Positions 1 to 47,571 of a DNA stretch of 64,000 nt are shown one piece after another. How positions within the stretch are numbered: the first letter of the stretch is position 1; each line of letters begins with the position of its first letter. The DNA lies in the NCBI RefSeq assembly GCF_030028105.1, contig NC_092380.1, forward strand, positions 2,479,006 to 2,543,005, read 5' to 3'. Source of the stretch: Mobula birostris. Taxonomy: Eukaryota. The position numbers and the translations under genes were made by a program. The notes under the pieces were generated by a model, which worked only from the letters and a program-made list of their open reading frames with translations, was not told where the DNA came from and searched no databases.

Positions 1-749
1 AAAATAAATCAGCCATAGTGGAATGACAGAGAATACTTGGCTTAGTTCTGCTCTTGTGTATCATAGTCATTCCCCCTATTTGTGGCCTTCAAGGAGGTTA
101 AACACCTCTGTAAGATTGCCCTCCAAGGAGGAGTCCCAGTGTGCCTGATCTCTCCTCAGAGCGTACTTAGTCTTATGAGTCCTGGTGATGTCCTTGTGAA
201 TCTCCTCTGCACTTGTTCTAGCTTAATAGCATATTTCTTCCAGAGAGAATCCCAAGCCTACTCTATCTTTCCTCAGTATGATGTGCTTTCTAATCCAGGC
301 AGCATTGTAATAGATCTCCACTGCAGCCTCTCTAAAGCTTCGGCGTCATTCGTATAATGAACTAGAACTGAAGGCAACACTCCAAATGAGGATTCACCAA
401 TATCTTGTGTGACTGCAACTCCTGTACACAGTGCCCTGACACATGGAGGCCAGTGTGCTGAATGCCTTTTTACCGCCATGTCTGCCTGTGACACCACTTT
501 CATGGACCTCTTGTACTTTACCACATCCCTGAAAGTCTTGCCTAAAATTGTCTTCCAGAAACATCCAACACACCAGTCTATCTGGTTGTTCCTTGTAACT
601 CAAGCCTTTCAGTACAGCAAAATTCCTATGAATCTTTTCTGCAGCTTAAACACTCCTTGCATTCACTATAGGAAGGATGTGGAAGCATTGGAAAGGGTAC
701 AGAGGAGATTTACCAGGATGCTGCCTGGTGTGAAGAGTATGCATTATGA

Positions 750-1848
750 GTGTGGGTGGAGAGTTGGTTAGCAGACAGGAAGCAAAGAGTGGGAATAAAC
801 GGGACCTTTTCAGAATGGCAGGCGGTGACTAGTGGGGTACCGCAAGGCTCAGTGCTGGGACCTCAGTTGTTTACAATATATATTAATGACTTGGATGAGG
901 GAATTAAATGCAGCATCTCCAAGTTTGCGGATGACACGAAGCTGGGTGGCAGTGTTAGCTGTGAGGAGGATGCTAAGAGGATGCAGGGTGACTTGGATAG
1001 GTTGGGTGAGTGGGCAAATTCATGGCAGATGCAATTTAATGTGGATAAATGTGAAGTTATCCACTTTGGTGGCAAAAATAGGAAAACAGGTTATTATCTG
1101 AATGGTGGCCGATTAGGAAAAGGGGAGGTGCAACGAGACCTGGCTGTCATTATACACCAGTCATTGAAAGTGGGCATGCACGTACAGCAGGCGGTGAAAA
1201 AGGCGAATGGTATGCTGGCATCTATAGCGAGAGGATTCGAGTACAGGAGCAGGGAGGTACTACTGCAGTTGTACAAGGCCTTGGTGAGACCACACCTGGA
1301 GTATTGTGTGCAGTTTTGGTCCCCTAATCTGAGGAAAGACATCCTTGCCATAGAGGGAGTACAAAGAAGGTTCACCAGATTGATTCCTGGGATGGCAGGA
1401 CTTTCATATGAAGAAAGACTGGATGAACTGGGCTTGTACTCGTTGGAATTTAGAAGATTGAGGGGGGATCTGATTGAAACATATAAGATCCTAAAGGGAT
1501 TGGACAGGCTAGATGCAGGAAGATTGTTCCTGATGTTGGGGAAGTCCAGAGCGAGGGGCCACAGTTTGAGGATAGAGGGGAAGCCTTTTAGGACCGAGAT
1601 TAGGAAAAACTTCTTCACACAGAGAGTGGTGAATCTGTGGAATTCTCTGCCACAGGAAACAGTTGAGACCAGTTCATTGGCTATATTTAAGAGGGAGTTA
1701 GATATGGCCCTTGTGGCTACGGGGGTCAGGGAGTATGGAGGGAAGACTGGGGCGGTGTTCTGAGTTGGATGATCAGCCATGATCATAATAAATGGCGGTG
1801 CAGGTTCGAAGGGCCGAATGGCCTACTCCTGCACCTATTTTCTATGTA
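750..1848 (+). mobile_element. CR1 LINE, 5'-truncated (RT C-terminal half plus 3'UTR), nested in an older CR1 fragment (about 657-749 and 1849-2240) in a FUS intron
   Basis: 337-aa open frame with SGVPQGSVLGP, KFADDTK, RPHLEYCVQFWSP; TTCTATGT tail; host CR1 resumes after a short TATGA repeat. Confidence 0.9.
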
Positions 1849-2842
1849 TGATCAGAGATTAAGGGAGCTAGGGCTTTACTCTTTGGAGAGGAGACATGAT
1901 AGAGGTGTTCGAGATAATAAGAGGAATAGATAGAGTTGACAGCCAGCACCTCTTTACCAGGGCACCACTGCTCAATACAGGAGGACATGGCTTTAAGGTA
2001 AGGGGTGGGAAGTTCAAGGGGGATATTAGAGGAAGGTTTTTCACTCAGAGAGTGGTTGGTGTGTGGAATGCACTGCCTGAGTCAGTGGTGGAGGCAGATA
2101 CACTAGTGAAGTTTAAGAGACTACTAGACAGGTATATGGAGGAATTTAAGGTGGGGGGTAAAATGGGAGGCAGGGTTTGAGGGTTGGCACAACATTGTGG
2201 GCTGAAGGGCCTGTACTGTGCTGTACTGTTCTATGTTTAAAAGCCTGTTATAAAACTGTTATACTATAACTAGAATATTGCGTTCAGTTCTGGTTAACTC
2301 ATAGAAAGGATGTGGATGCTTTAGAAAGGGTGCAGAAGAGATTTACCAGAATGCTGGCTTGACTAGAGAGCACATCTTCTGAGGAACGGTTGAGTGAAGT
2401 ACGGTGTTTATCTTTGGAGAGGAGGAGGAAGAACAGTGACTTGGTAAAGCTGTACGAGATGATAAGGGGCATAGATAAAAGTGACTACCCAGAGACTTTT
2501 GTTCCCAGGGCAGAAATGGCAGGATGATCTGAGCTGCTCATAGTACCAACACCTTGTGCACTGTGACATAACATCCCAACTCCTGACTGATGAAGGGCAG
2601 AATGCTAAATGCCATGGTCACTGCCTTGTCTACCTGTGACAATCCTCTCAGCAAACCATATTACCATACCCCTAGGTCCCTCAGCTGTGTAACAGTCCCA
2701 GCCAGGGGCCCTGACGTTCACTGTGTATGCCTGGTGTAGAGCACCGTTAACTGAGTGCTTGTGAGGTTATTGGGGCTGGAGTGGCAGGCTTAGGTGGACA
2801 GGACTCCAGTTGTGATCTGAATGGTCTCTCTCTCTCCGGCAG

Positions 2843-2934
2843 GAGCTGTGGCAACATCAACTTCTCATGGAGGAATGAATGCAACCAGTGCAAATCTCCC
2901 AAACCTGAAGGAGCGGGCGGGCCACCCCAGATGG
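2843..2934 (+). CDS. FUS: FUS exon, RanBP2-type zinc finger
   Basis: cag|G...ATGG|gtaagt; [30 protein letters not shown]. Confidence 0.93.
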
Positions 2935-3466
2935 GTAAGTAAGGGTTAAATTCCATGCGAGTGTCTCTATCTTCACTTTGTCCGACCCTGGGATGGTGTG
3001 GAGGGAATGTGCCTCTGATCTCTCTGCCTTTCCCTGACATTTCCGCCTCCCCGTTTCCACTGTAGGTGGTTTTGGAGGAGGGGATCGCGGAGGCCGCGGG
3101 AACTTTGACCGTGGCGGTTTCCGTGGCCGTGGAGGGGACCGAGGGGGATTCCGGAGCAGAGGTGGTGACCGAGGAGGGTTTGGCATGGGATCTGGGAAAA
3201 TGGACTCCAGGTAAATGGTTCTGCTGACCTTCGTATCATGAACATTTTCAGTCCCTTCGCAGACACAGACACGCGCCGCTCAGTTTGTGCCCCTCCTGTC
3301 TTATGGTACTGACTTTGTAATTGAAGACATCCCTTGTTGCTGAATGTAACAGTCTAACCCATTTTTGTTTTGTGTCTCTCTCCCCTCCCCACCTCCCTCC
3401 CTTGCCTTTTCTTTCTCTCCCTGAAGGAGTGATCACAGACAAGACCGAAGAGAGAGACCATATTAG
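2843..3466 (+). CDS. FUS: RNA-binding protein FUS, 3' part (last three coding exons; gene starts left of the window)
   Basis: Exons 2843-2934, 3066-3210 and 3427-3466 have GT-AG ends. They join to [21 protein letters not shown] (RanBP2 zinc finger), RGG repeats and [18 protein letters not shown] (FUS PY-NLS). Confidence 0.95.
3066..3210 (+). CDS. FUS: FUS exon, RGG3 region
   Basis: tag|GT...CAG|gtaaat; [28 protein letters not shown]...GKMDS. Confidence 0.93.
3427..3466 (+). CDS. FUS: FUS last coding exon, PY-NLS
   Basis: Polypyrimidine tract, aag|G, then [12 protein letters not shown] and TAG. Confidence 0.93.
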
Positions 3467-5275
3467 TTTGTGTACATACTCATTGGGACCTTGGGATTTC
3501 TACCTTTATTTTTTATTTTGTATACGGTTTCTGTGTTGATTTGTGCATCAAAGTGTGTAATAACCGTTACATTGCATCAGAGGAGCTGTTTTTTTTGTAT
3601 TTGTTGGATTTTAACCTGTATTTTCCACAAGTTGACATTAAACCTCCAACTGTTTTAACTCCTCTCGTTACTTCTCCCAGAAAAGAGACATGCCTTTCCC
3701 TGTCAGTGTTCAAATGGACTCCTCTCTGGGCAAAGCTATCAGGAAAGACAGCCACCAATCCTGAGTGAGACAGGGCAGATTTTGTTTGTGTGCGTGTGCG
3801 GTCCATTCTGGAGTTCGAAGCTATCATTGAGTCTGGTGTTATGTGCTTTCAGGCTTTAATAGTATAGTCTAATTGGCAATAGTCAACTCAGCCTCATCGA
3901 CCTTGAGTGAGTTTGTTACCAAACAAATTGATGGCCAGTGTATGTGGATTTTAGAATGGCATTCGACAAGATTCCTGATGGTGTCCACCTCGGCTGTGTG
4001 GATACAAGGTCAAGTTTATTGTCATCCGACTACCTGTATACAACCAAACAGTAACATTGCTCTGGACCATGCTGCATCTATAAAGCATCACACACAGCAC
4101 GAAGCAAAATTAAACAAATGTATCATTCACAATGCACGTGAACTGCTCACTATTTAGTGATGGCAGGGTATTCAGACTGGGGAAGATGCTGTGACCTAGG
4201 TCTGTCATTTGTCCTGATACACCACCACCTTCCTGACAGTAATGGGTAAAAGATTATGGATGGGTGGTGAGGATTCTCAACAATGCTGCAGGTCTTTCCT
4301 CTTTGATGTTGCTGCACCACTTGTCCTGTTTTGATGTTATTTACAGATATAAATGGGGTTTGGGGGGGGAGACCCCACTGATCCTTCTGGTGGTTTTCAC
4401 CTGATCCCTTGCTGCTTCCAATCTACACATTGATCACTCCCACTGGTACCTTCCATGCCTCCATCTCCTCAGAAAGTGTAGGTGCTTTTAGCTTTCTTGA
4501 TTAATGAGGGTTTGTGCTCTTCAGAGCAGAGCCATGGATGTACAATGGAGAGCAAGTCTCAGGCTGTTCTTCTACAGTTGACAATCCTTTTACCTTTTCT
4601 CTGTATCCCAACTCATTAATGAGGCCAGCCACTTCTGTACCAGCAAACGATGCATTTTGAGCTAGATGCAGTACAGTCATGAGTCAAACAGTGGGCTCAG
4701 CACAGGCCTAGGGAGCAGCACTGTCTCTTGTGCACTGGAATGTCTGTGATTGCCTTGAAGCCTGCAGGAACACTGGCCCGTTAGAGAATTTAAGATCCCT
4801 ACATACATTAATACTGTTAAGCCTCTTGCTATTAAATGTACAGAAAACATTGGAGAAACTCACCAAGTTGGGCAGCAGCTATGGGAGGGGACCCTTCATC
4901 GAGACTACAAAGGAAGGAGGCTGTATGACTGGAAGCAGCTGCAGTGGAGGACATGGGAACTTCAGGGTCTGGCCTTAGACCCGCAGCACTGAGTGAAAAT
5001 AAGAGGTGCTGATGTTTTGGTAAAGGCAACCTGTACTGTCCAGCCCTCACATGGCAGCACCTGTAAAAATGGTTAGCAGTGAGGAGGGATGTGACTTGCA
5101 TTCCTGTGTTGAACTACTGTACTACCTTGCCCCTCCAACAGCAGGGTGTGGGATGTCCAGGGTTGCCAGGTCCCAGCAGTCTCCATGGTGGTGCAAAGAG
5201 GGATCAGAACACTGCAATGAACCCCGATTAGTCCCTGTGGAGATGTTAATGTGGAGACAGAAACCACCCATGCAA

Positions 5276-5289
5276 AATAAAAGTTTATT
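5276..5289. terminator. Back-to-back poly(A) signals: AATAAA on + at 5276-5281 and on - at 5284-5289. The - one is the likely KAT8 signal.
   Basis: Sequence AATAAAAGTTTATT, about 200 nt past the KAT8 stop codon. Confidence 0.6.
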
Positions 5290-5493
5290 ATTGAGAAGTG
5301 CAGGTATTACAGTGAGACCAGGAGAGATTATTTACACACACTGAGACACAGTTGCAGAGACTCGCTCACATGATGCACAGAGATCCAAGGTCGAGCAGAT
5401 GCTCCCAACAGACGAACCAGGGAGCATCGAGGATCCCCCTCCATTCCCAGTGAGCTCCACTGCCCAACACTATCCTTGCCATCCATCCCCTCT

Positions 5494-20607
<15,114 letters not shown>

Positions 20608-20870
20608 CACCGTTTCGTTTTGTTTTCCACTACAAGCCGCATGCGCGGGCGGGGGATGCTTCCAGAAAGGGGAGGGTACCGTCCCGCTCTGGCCGCACCC
20701 ATTGGTCCGCTGCTGTCGTGGATCCAACGCACTGCAGCTCTGATTGGTTGCCGCTATTTTGTGTACCGCCCATCTCGCCGCTAGTTTAGTCCCGATTGGT
20801 TCAACGGTATGCGTCTCTCCTCATTCGATTGGTCATTGTACCCTGCCAATCAAACACCAATTGAAAACAG
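20608..20870 (-). promoter_or_regulatory. KAT8 proximal promoter (CpG island edge, six CCAAT boxes, NRF1-like site)
   Basis: ATTGG/CCAAT at 20701, 20743, 20795, 20828, 20846 and 20857; CGCATGCGCG at 20638. Confidence 0.65.
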
Positions 20871-21197
20871 TCTGTTTTAGATAACTGATGCTGGAAATCC
20901 GGGGAACCACGCATAAAGTGCTGAAGAAACTCAGCAGGTCAGACAGCATCCATCATTCCATAGGTACCATCTCACCAGCAGATGCTGCCTGACCTCCTGA
21001 GTTTCCCCAGTATTTTTGTACGTTTTTCTGGATAAAATCCGCCAATTATCCATTGAAACCATTATTAATCTGCACGGGATGCAGTGGGGACAAAGCAAGA
21101 ATAGAGAAAACAGTGAACGTTTCAGACAAAGACCTTCAGGACTCTGCTGAGCTCCTCCAACACGTTATGCTCAACATTAACAACACCTAGAAATTTA

Positions 21198-21386
21198 GCA
21201 GGCCAAGCAGCATCTGTAGGAAGAGGTGCAGTCGACGTTTCAGGCCGAGACCCTTCGTCAGGACTAACTGTGAAGAGTCACTCTTCCTTCAGTTAGTCCT
21301 GACGAAGGGTCTCGGCCTGCTGCGTTCACCAGCAACTTTGATATGTGTTGCTTGAATTTCCAGCATCTGCAGAATTCCTGTTGTTT
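21198..21386. mobile_element. Non-autonomous Penelope-derived fold-back element with 13-bp TSD
   Basis: ACCTAGAAATTTA at 21185-21197 and 21387-21399; perfect 30-bp inverted repeat at 21241-21270 and 21290-21319. Confidence 0.75.
21229..21266 (-). ncRNA. Minimal type I hammerhead ribozyme motif (Penelope type)
   Basis: UAGUC-CUGACGA-AGG(GUCUCGG)CCU-GAAAC-GUC-GACUG: stem I, intact core, stem II and palindromic ACGU stem III. Confidence 0.6.
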
Positions 21387-21419
21387 ACCTAGAAATTTAT
21401 TTGCATTAATGAAGCCAAG

Positions 21420-22000
21420 AATTACGTCAGTCTCTTGCGTCACGGGTCACGTCTCTAGATTTGATTGGTTTGATCGACAGCTCACGATAAAACCCGTTCC
21501 TCCATGTGATTGGTCGTACCCTGTCGTTTGCTCCCTCCCCCTCTAGCTTTTATTGGATCTGCGTAGGAATCCCTGCCACATGATTGGTCGTCCAGCTCGA
21601 GCTCGACCCCGCCCCTTTCCCCTCACCGGGACCCGCTCTTGGTTCATTTCATATTGAAACTGCGCCTCCCAGGTCGTTGAAGCCGTAATTGATTTTTCGC
21701 TGCTTTCCAACCTGCCCTCCACCCCGCCCTCATTCGACCTGCCCCTCAACACTGCCGCCAGAGATTTGCTGAATTTCCGGTATTAACCTGCCACTTCTTT
21801 TCTTGATTGGTCTAACGACCTGTCTCTCAGGGGAAACATCCTGCCCCCTGCCGTGACGACAGCACGCAGAGGCTGTGGGAGACTGGGTCAAGTGACGTCA
21901 TTGCGCACACGGTTAGTCGGACCTTGGTGGGGGAAACGAAGAAGACCCGGAAGGGGAGAGGGGAGACTTCAAGATGGCGACCTTGACCATTTGGAGCTAA
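21420..22000 (+). promoter_or_regulatory. BCKDK promoter (CpG-rich; CCAAT boxes, GC boxes, full CRE, YY1-like site)
   Basis: ATTGG at 21464, 21509, 21552, 21583 and 21806; CCCCGCCC near 21607 and 21722; TGACGTCA at 21893-21900; CAAGATGGCG at 21970. Confidence 0.65.
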
Positions 22001-22185
22001 TTCGTTTGTTGACTTTCGCCTACTCAAGAGCTATGTATTTCCGGGCCAAGAAGAGCACAATGGAAGAACTTTGTCAACAGAATGCTTTACTCTTCGATAA
22101 AATCCAACTTTAAGGGGATTTACTCTTCAAATATTGAGAGATCCTCCCAACCTTGAGTCTTGGTTGGATTGTGTTGGGTTGCAAG

Positions 22186-42302
<20,117 letters not shown>

Positions 42303-45300
42303 ACTGGGAGACCCTCGGACTCTCCCCACCGTGGTGTGGTGTGCCATGGGACAGAGAGGGAGAGAGAAGTTAAGCAGACTCTCAGGCATCCCTTCTCATT
42401 ATCATTGGTCAACAAGACCAGGTAGAGATCAGGCATTCCTTCCAACCCACCTCCACCCCCATTCCCTCCCCATTAGACCCTCGTCAGGAAGGCTGCTTCA
42501 GGCTTTGTACCTTGATATCTCTGAAGCTGAGGAGTCCACTGGGAAAGCCTTGAGCTGCTAGCATCCACTCAACCTCTGGTCATCCCTCCCAGTCCCGGTC
42601 AATTCACTGCCAGCCAGGGCCAGCTTGCTACTCCTTTTCGGCTCACCGCCGGCCAGCGGGCCTCTTACAGTATTCCAACAGCGCCCTCTCACCAACTGAT
42701 ACGTCAGCAAGGAGACCATATCAAAATATCAGCACCACCCACCCCAACCAAGGAATCCCAGTCATCCAGTACCATTTTCTCTGCAACTAATATATCATCA
42801 GGAAGGCTCTCAATATGCTACCACTGCTTCTTCAACGAGTTCTTTGCCAATAAGGCTGTATCAATATTCATGTACCATTCCTCATCCCCAAATGACCACT
42901 GATCCAACCAGGCCAATTCGATCTTCCAACAGCATTTCACTTCCAACTACTACTACATCAATGAGGCCATTTCAGTCCTTCAGTGCTGTTTCCAAATGAA
43001 CACTGACCCAACCAGACTAATTCCATCTTCCAAAATAATTTGTTCTCCAACTAGTTTATCACCGAGGAGCTATATCAAAGTTCTTGGGACTCTTTCCTGT
43101 CCCAAATGACCATGGACCCAAACCAGGCCATTTCAATCCTTCGACAGCATTTCTTTGTCAGTTAGTACATCACCAACAAGGCCAATATCAATATTGGATA
43201 CTGACTCAGCCAGACCAAATCCATCCTCCAATGCCATTTTGTATCCAACTACTTTATCGCCAATGTGACTGTATCTAAATCCTTGGACCATTCTCCATCC
43301 CTAAATGACCATGGACTTGAACATCTCAGTCCTCCAGCAGCATTCCATCTCCAATTAATAAATCGCTAGCCAGAAGATCACAATACCCCGACAAAGCTTT
43401 GTCTCTAACTAGTCCATCACCCATGAGGTTGTGTCAGAATCTCCCCATCCCCAGACCAGTTCATCAAGTTCCTCCAACTAATTGATTGCCAGTCCTCCTA
43501 CATCATTTCCTCTGTGACTGATACATTGCCAATGAGGCTGTTCTGAAATCCCAGACCACTCTTCATCCTCCAACCAGCCGTCTCAATCGTCCAACACCAT
43601 TCCATCACCAACCACACCACCTCAATCCTCCAACTTCAACTAATTCATGACTGATGAGGCCATTTCCAAGTTCCTACATCCCTCCCTGTTCCCGAGGGAC
43701 ACTGAATTAAACAGGCTCCCCAGCACAATCTCCTCTCTAATGGACTTGTTGCCAGTGAGGATATGGTCTCCCCAGTTGTTTGGAGGCTCCTGGACCACCA
43801 TCCATCCACCCACTCCCCCCATTCCAATCATCGAGGCTGCTTCCAGATCGACAATATCGTGGCCTCTCTGGAATCACTAATGTTCTCAGGACCACCCACC
43901 TCCTGTATCCACTCCATTGTGGGAGGGCAAAGGAGTTGGCTTGGCCAGGGAGATCTTCCTGGACTGTACACTCCACGGGGGGAGTGTTGGGTCCTCTACG
44001 CCACTGACATGAGACAGAAGGGTTCTTGCCATTCCCTTCCGACATGTGGGAATCTGTGCACAATCGCACAACACCCCTGTGGGAATTCCTGCAACATTCA
44101 CTTCTGACGTGAAGATTTCTGCATCACTACCTCCTGACGTGCATGAAGGGATTTCCTTATTCCCACAACACACGTGTGGGAAATTTCCATTTCCCTCGGG
44201 TGTGAGTGTGGAAGATTAAGCATTCTCCACAAACATGCATGTGGGTACTTCCTGATACTCTACTCTGACACACGTAGGAACTTCCACCCCTTCCCAGGTT
44301 CGTGTGGACGTTTCCACACCATTGCCTTCCTAAATGTGTAGATATTTTCTGCCTCTGCCTTTCCAATGCGTGTAGGCAATTCCATTCCATTCCCTTCTGA
44401 CCTACTCGTAGAAATTTCCCGATCATTCCCAAATAGGAATTTTCTGCATGTGCCTCTCCAGCAGGCGAGTAGGAATTTCCATATTATTCCTCTCCAAGTC
44501 ACGTGTTGGAATTTCCTGACCATTTGCCTCTGATGAGCATGCAGAAATTCATAGACCATTTCTCAACGTGTATTTGGGAATTTCCTGACCACTCCTCTGT
44601 GTGTATCATTCGACTGTTCCCTCTGACCTGAGAAAGAAATTTCCACACTGTTCCGCTCTGAATGCAGGAATTCCCACGCCTTTCCCTTCAACACACGTGT
44701 GGAAACCTCCACACTGTCTCTCTCTAACACAGACACGGGTCTGTGGAAGTTGGGGTATCGGGGGCTCACTCCTCTTGCCCCCTCGCCCCTCCCTTTCTCT
44801 TCCACCTTCTTCTTGCCTCCACCCCACCCCGCTCTCCCCGACTGCTCCTTTGCCCCAGTCTCCTCCCCTCCCTCCTTCTTCAGCTTCTTGTCTTACCTGC
44901 CTTATCCCCTCCCCTCTCCACTTTCAGGATCACAACTCCAGAATCTCCTCCCTCCCTTTCCCCCTTCCCTTCACAGGCTCACCTCTTACCTCAGACCAAA
45001 CGCTGTCTCCCTCTTCCCCACTGCTCTCCCCTGGATTCTGGCTGGAAAAATGGGGCCTGCATGGGGGTGGGGTGCAGAGAGTGAGCTGGGAGTTGATGCA
45101 GGAGCACAGGGAGGGGGTTAACCGAATCTCCCTTTCCCCACCCCAACTGCTTGCAGCTAGGAGTTTGCTCTCACTGGGGTCCTGTACCGAGGGTGGCGAG
45201 GACACATTCCCCACCACACCGCACTCCATCCTCCGCCGCTGGCCCAGCCTTGCTACACACCTGCCTTCCTGGCACGGCAAGACACCCCCTAACTCATTAA

Positions 45301-47571
45301 ACCATAGCGTCTCCAATCCCGCATCCTGCTTTCTCTGTTTGGGACGGGCAGGGGTCGGGGGGGAGGCAGGAACAATGTGACGTGATTGAAAAGGGGAAAG
45401 GGGTGGGGGGGAGGCAGGGAGAATGTGATATAATGGAGGGCGGGCTGGGAGGGGGCTGGGGAGGGGGAAGGAAGGGAAGGGGCTGGGGAGGGGGAAGGAA
45501 GGGAGGGGGCTGGGGAGGAACAGAGGGGGACTGGGGAGGGGGAAGAAGGGGGCTGGGAGGGAGGGGTGTTGGGGAGTGGGGGAGGAAGGGGGCGAGTGTA
45601 GGTGGGGGGAGGGAGGGGGCTGGGGAGGTGGTGGGGAGGGGGGTGGAAGGAAGGAGGGACAGAGGGAGAGGGAGGAAGGTGGAGTAGGATGGTTTAGAGT
45701 GAAAGAGGGAGGGTGGATGGGACGTAAGGGGGATGGAGGGAATGAAACAGTAACACTAAGCATTGATGGGCTTTCGGGGGGCTCCTGGAGACCGAGGAGT
45801 GGAGGTGTGTGACTTGTGTGGCTCCAAACCACTTTACCCAACGCCAGCACAGAGCGCACAGGCTGAAGGGCCAGTAGCAGCACAGTCTGTGGGTAGTTGG
45901 TCCATGTTGGGGAGCGGTGATTTGTTGCTGTGGTCAAGTGTGCAGCAAGAGTACACTGTAATGGCTGGAACCATCTACAGTGTCACTGTAGAGAGGCATC
46001 TTGTGGTCCACGTCTCCCAGAAAATGCTCAAAGAAGGTAAGGTGCGTGCAAGCACACTTGCTTTCATCGGTCGAGGTGTTGAATACAGAGTTGGGACGTC
46101 ACATTGAAGCTGCAGGCTGCATTGGGAGCTTTGTGTGAAGTTGTGGCTGCCCTGTGGGAGGTATTGAGTCTATGCTGAGGATGCTGCCTGGATTAGAGGC
46201 TATAAGCTGCAAGGAAAGGTTGTGCAAACTGGTTTTGTTTTTTCTCTCTGGCATGGCAGAGGCTGAGGGCAGATGTGATTGAGGCTTCTAAGATAATGAA
46301 GGTACATACAGATTAGATGATCCTCAAAGTGGAGGAGCAACACTTTATATTCTGACTGGGTAGCCTCCAACCTGATGGCATATCGATATCTCCTTCTGGT
46401 AAAAGAATCTGTGTCTGAATTGTTGAGTGTGTGCCTTCTCACCTCCTTCCAGATGGCAACAATGAGAACAGGGTATGACCTGGGCGATGGGGGTCCTTAA
46501 TAATGGTCACCACCTTTTTGAGGCGTCGTTCCCTGAAGATGTCCTAGATACTCGGTGTTAATTGGGCCTATTATTGTCACCTGTACGAAGCTTCAATAGC
46601 AAACAGTTCCCCGTCCCTTTATTAGGGAGAGGTAGAGTATGGTGGGGGGAACAATTAGTTTCTGCTTTACTGCAGACCATGGTCTTTCTCGGGGGCTTTG
46701 CTATTGCTTGTTAGGTGGAGGGTGCTGATGCTTCTTTTGCTGAAGTTAGTGGGGTGGGGGGAGTCGTTGCTTTGCTGCTCGTGCTTGGGAGGGAGGAGTA
46801 GAGGGGGCTTTGGGGATCTAACGTTTTTACTGTCCCTCATTCTTTGGGCCACTCTTCTGTTTTCGTGGCTGTCTGCGAAGAACAAGAATTTCAGGATGTA
46901 TATTTTAAACATTTCTCTGATATTAAATGGAACGAATGAATTCTTTACTCAGTGCATCGAGGTAGAACGAGGTAAAGCAATAACAGAATGCAGAATAAAG
47001 TACAACAGCTACAGAGAAAGTGCAGTGCTGGTGTCTAAGATGAGCTAGGTTGTAAGGTTGAGTCTATTTTTCTATACTAGCTAGTAGAATACATTAAAGT
47101 CAAAGTTCATTGTGATGTGCACAAGTGTAGTGAATGACTCCTCACAGTAGCATCACAGCATCAAATAAATTGGTTTGTATGTGTCATGTGCAGTGGGAAA
47201 CTCTGTTTTGTGCGCCAGCCGTGCTGCTCAATTCCTTACACACTGAGGTCGGACAGGAAAAAACAACTTGAGCCCCCCCCCCCCCCCGTTGGTCAGGGTT
47301 GACCCTGGATGTTGAGTAAAGCCAGGGCAGTACAATATGGTGAGCAAGCTCCCCCTCTCCATACATTTGATGAATCCCAAAGGAACGGCAGAGACCAATA
47401 CAGCATCACAGGAGTTAACTCAATGTCGGAATGCCTGAGGAACTCCATCTCCCAGTTCTTCCCCCCCCCCCCCCCCCAGGGTTTACTCCCAAAGCCTTCC
47501 CCCATGAGTGGGTATAGCTGCAAGGCAGCGGAGGTTTGGGATCAGAGATTTCCCTCACCTAGATGAGCTTC

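Noticed and set aside
2843-3466. Calling the FET gene TAF15 or EWSR1
   Set aside because: The C-terminus KMDSR[12 protein letters not shown] and the short RGG3 region fit FUS, as does synteny
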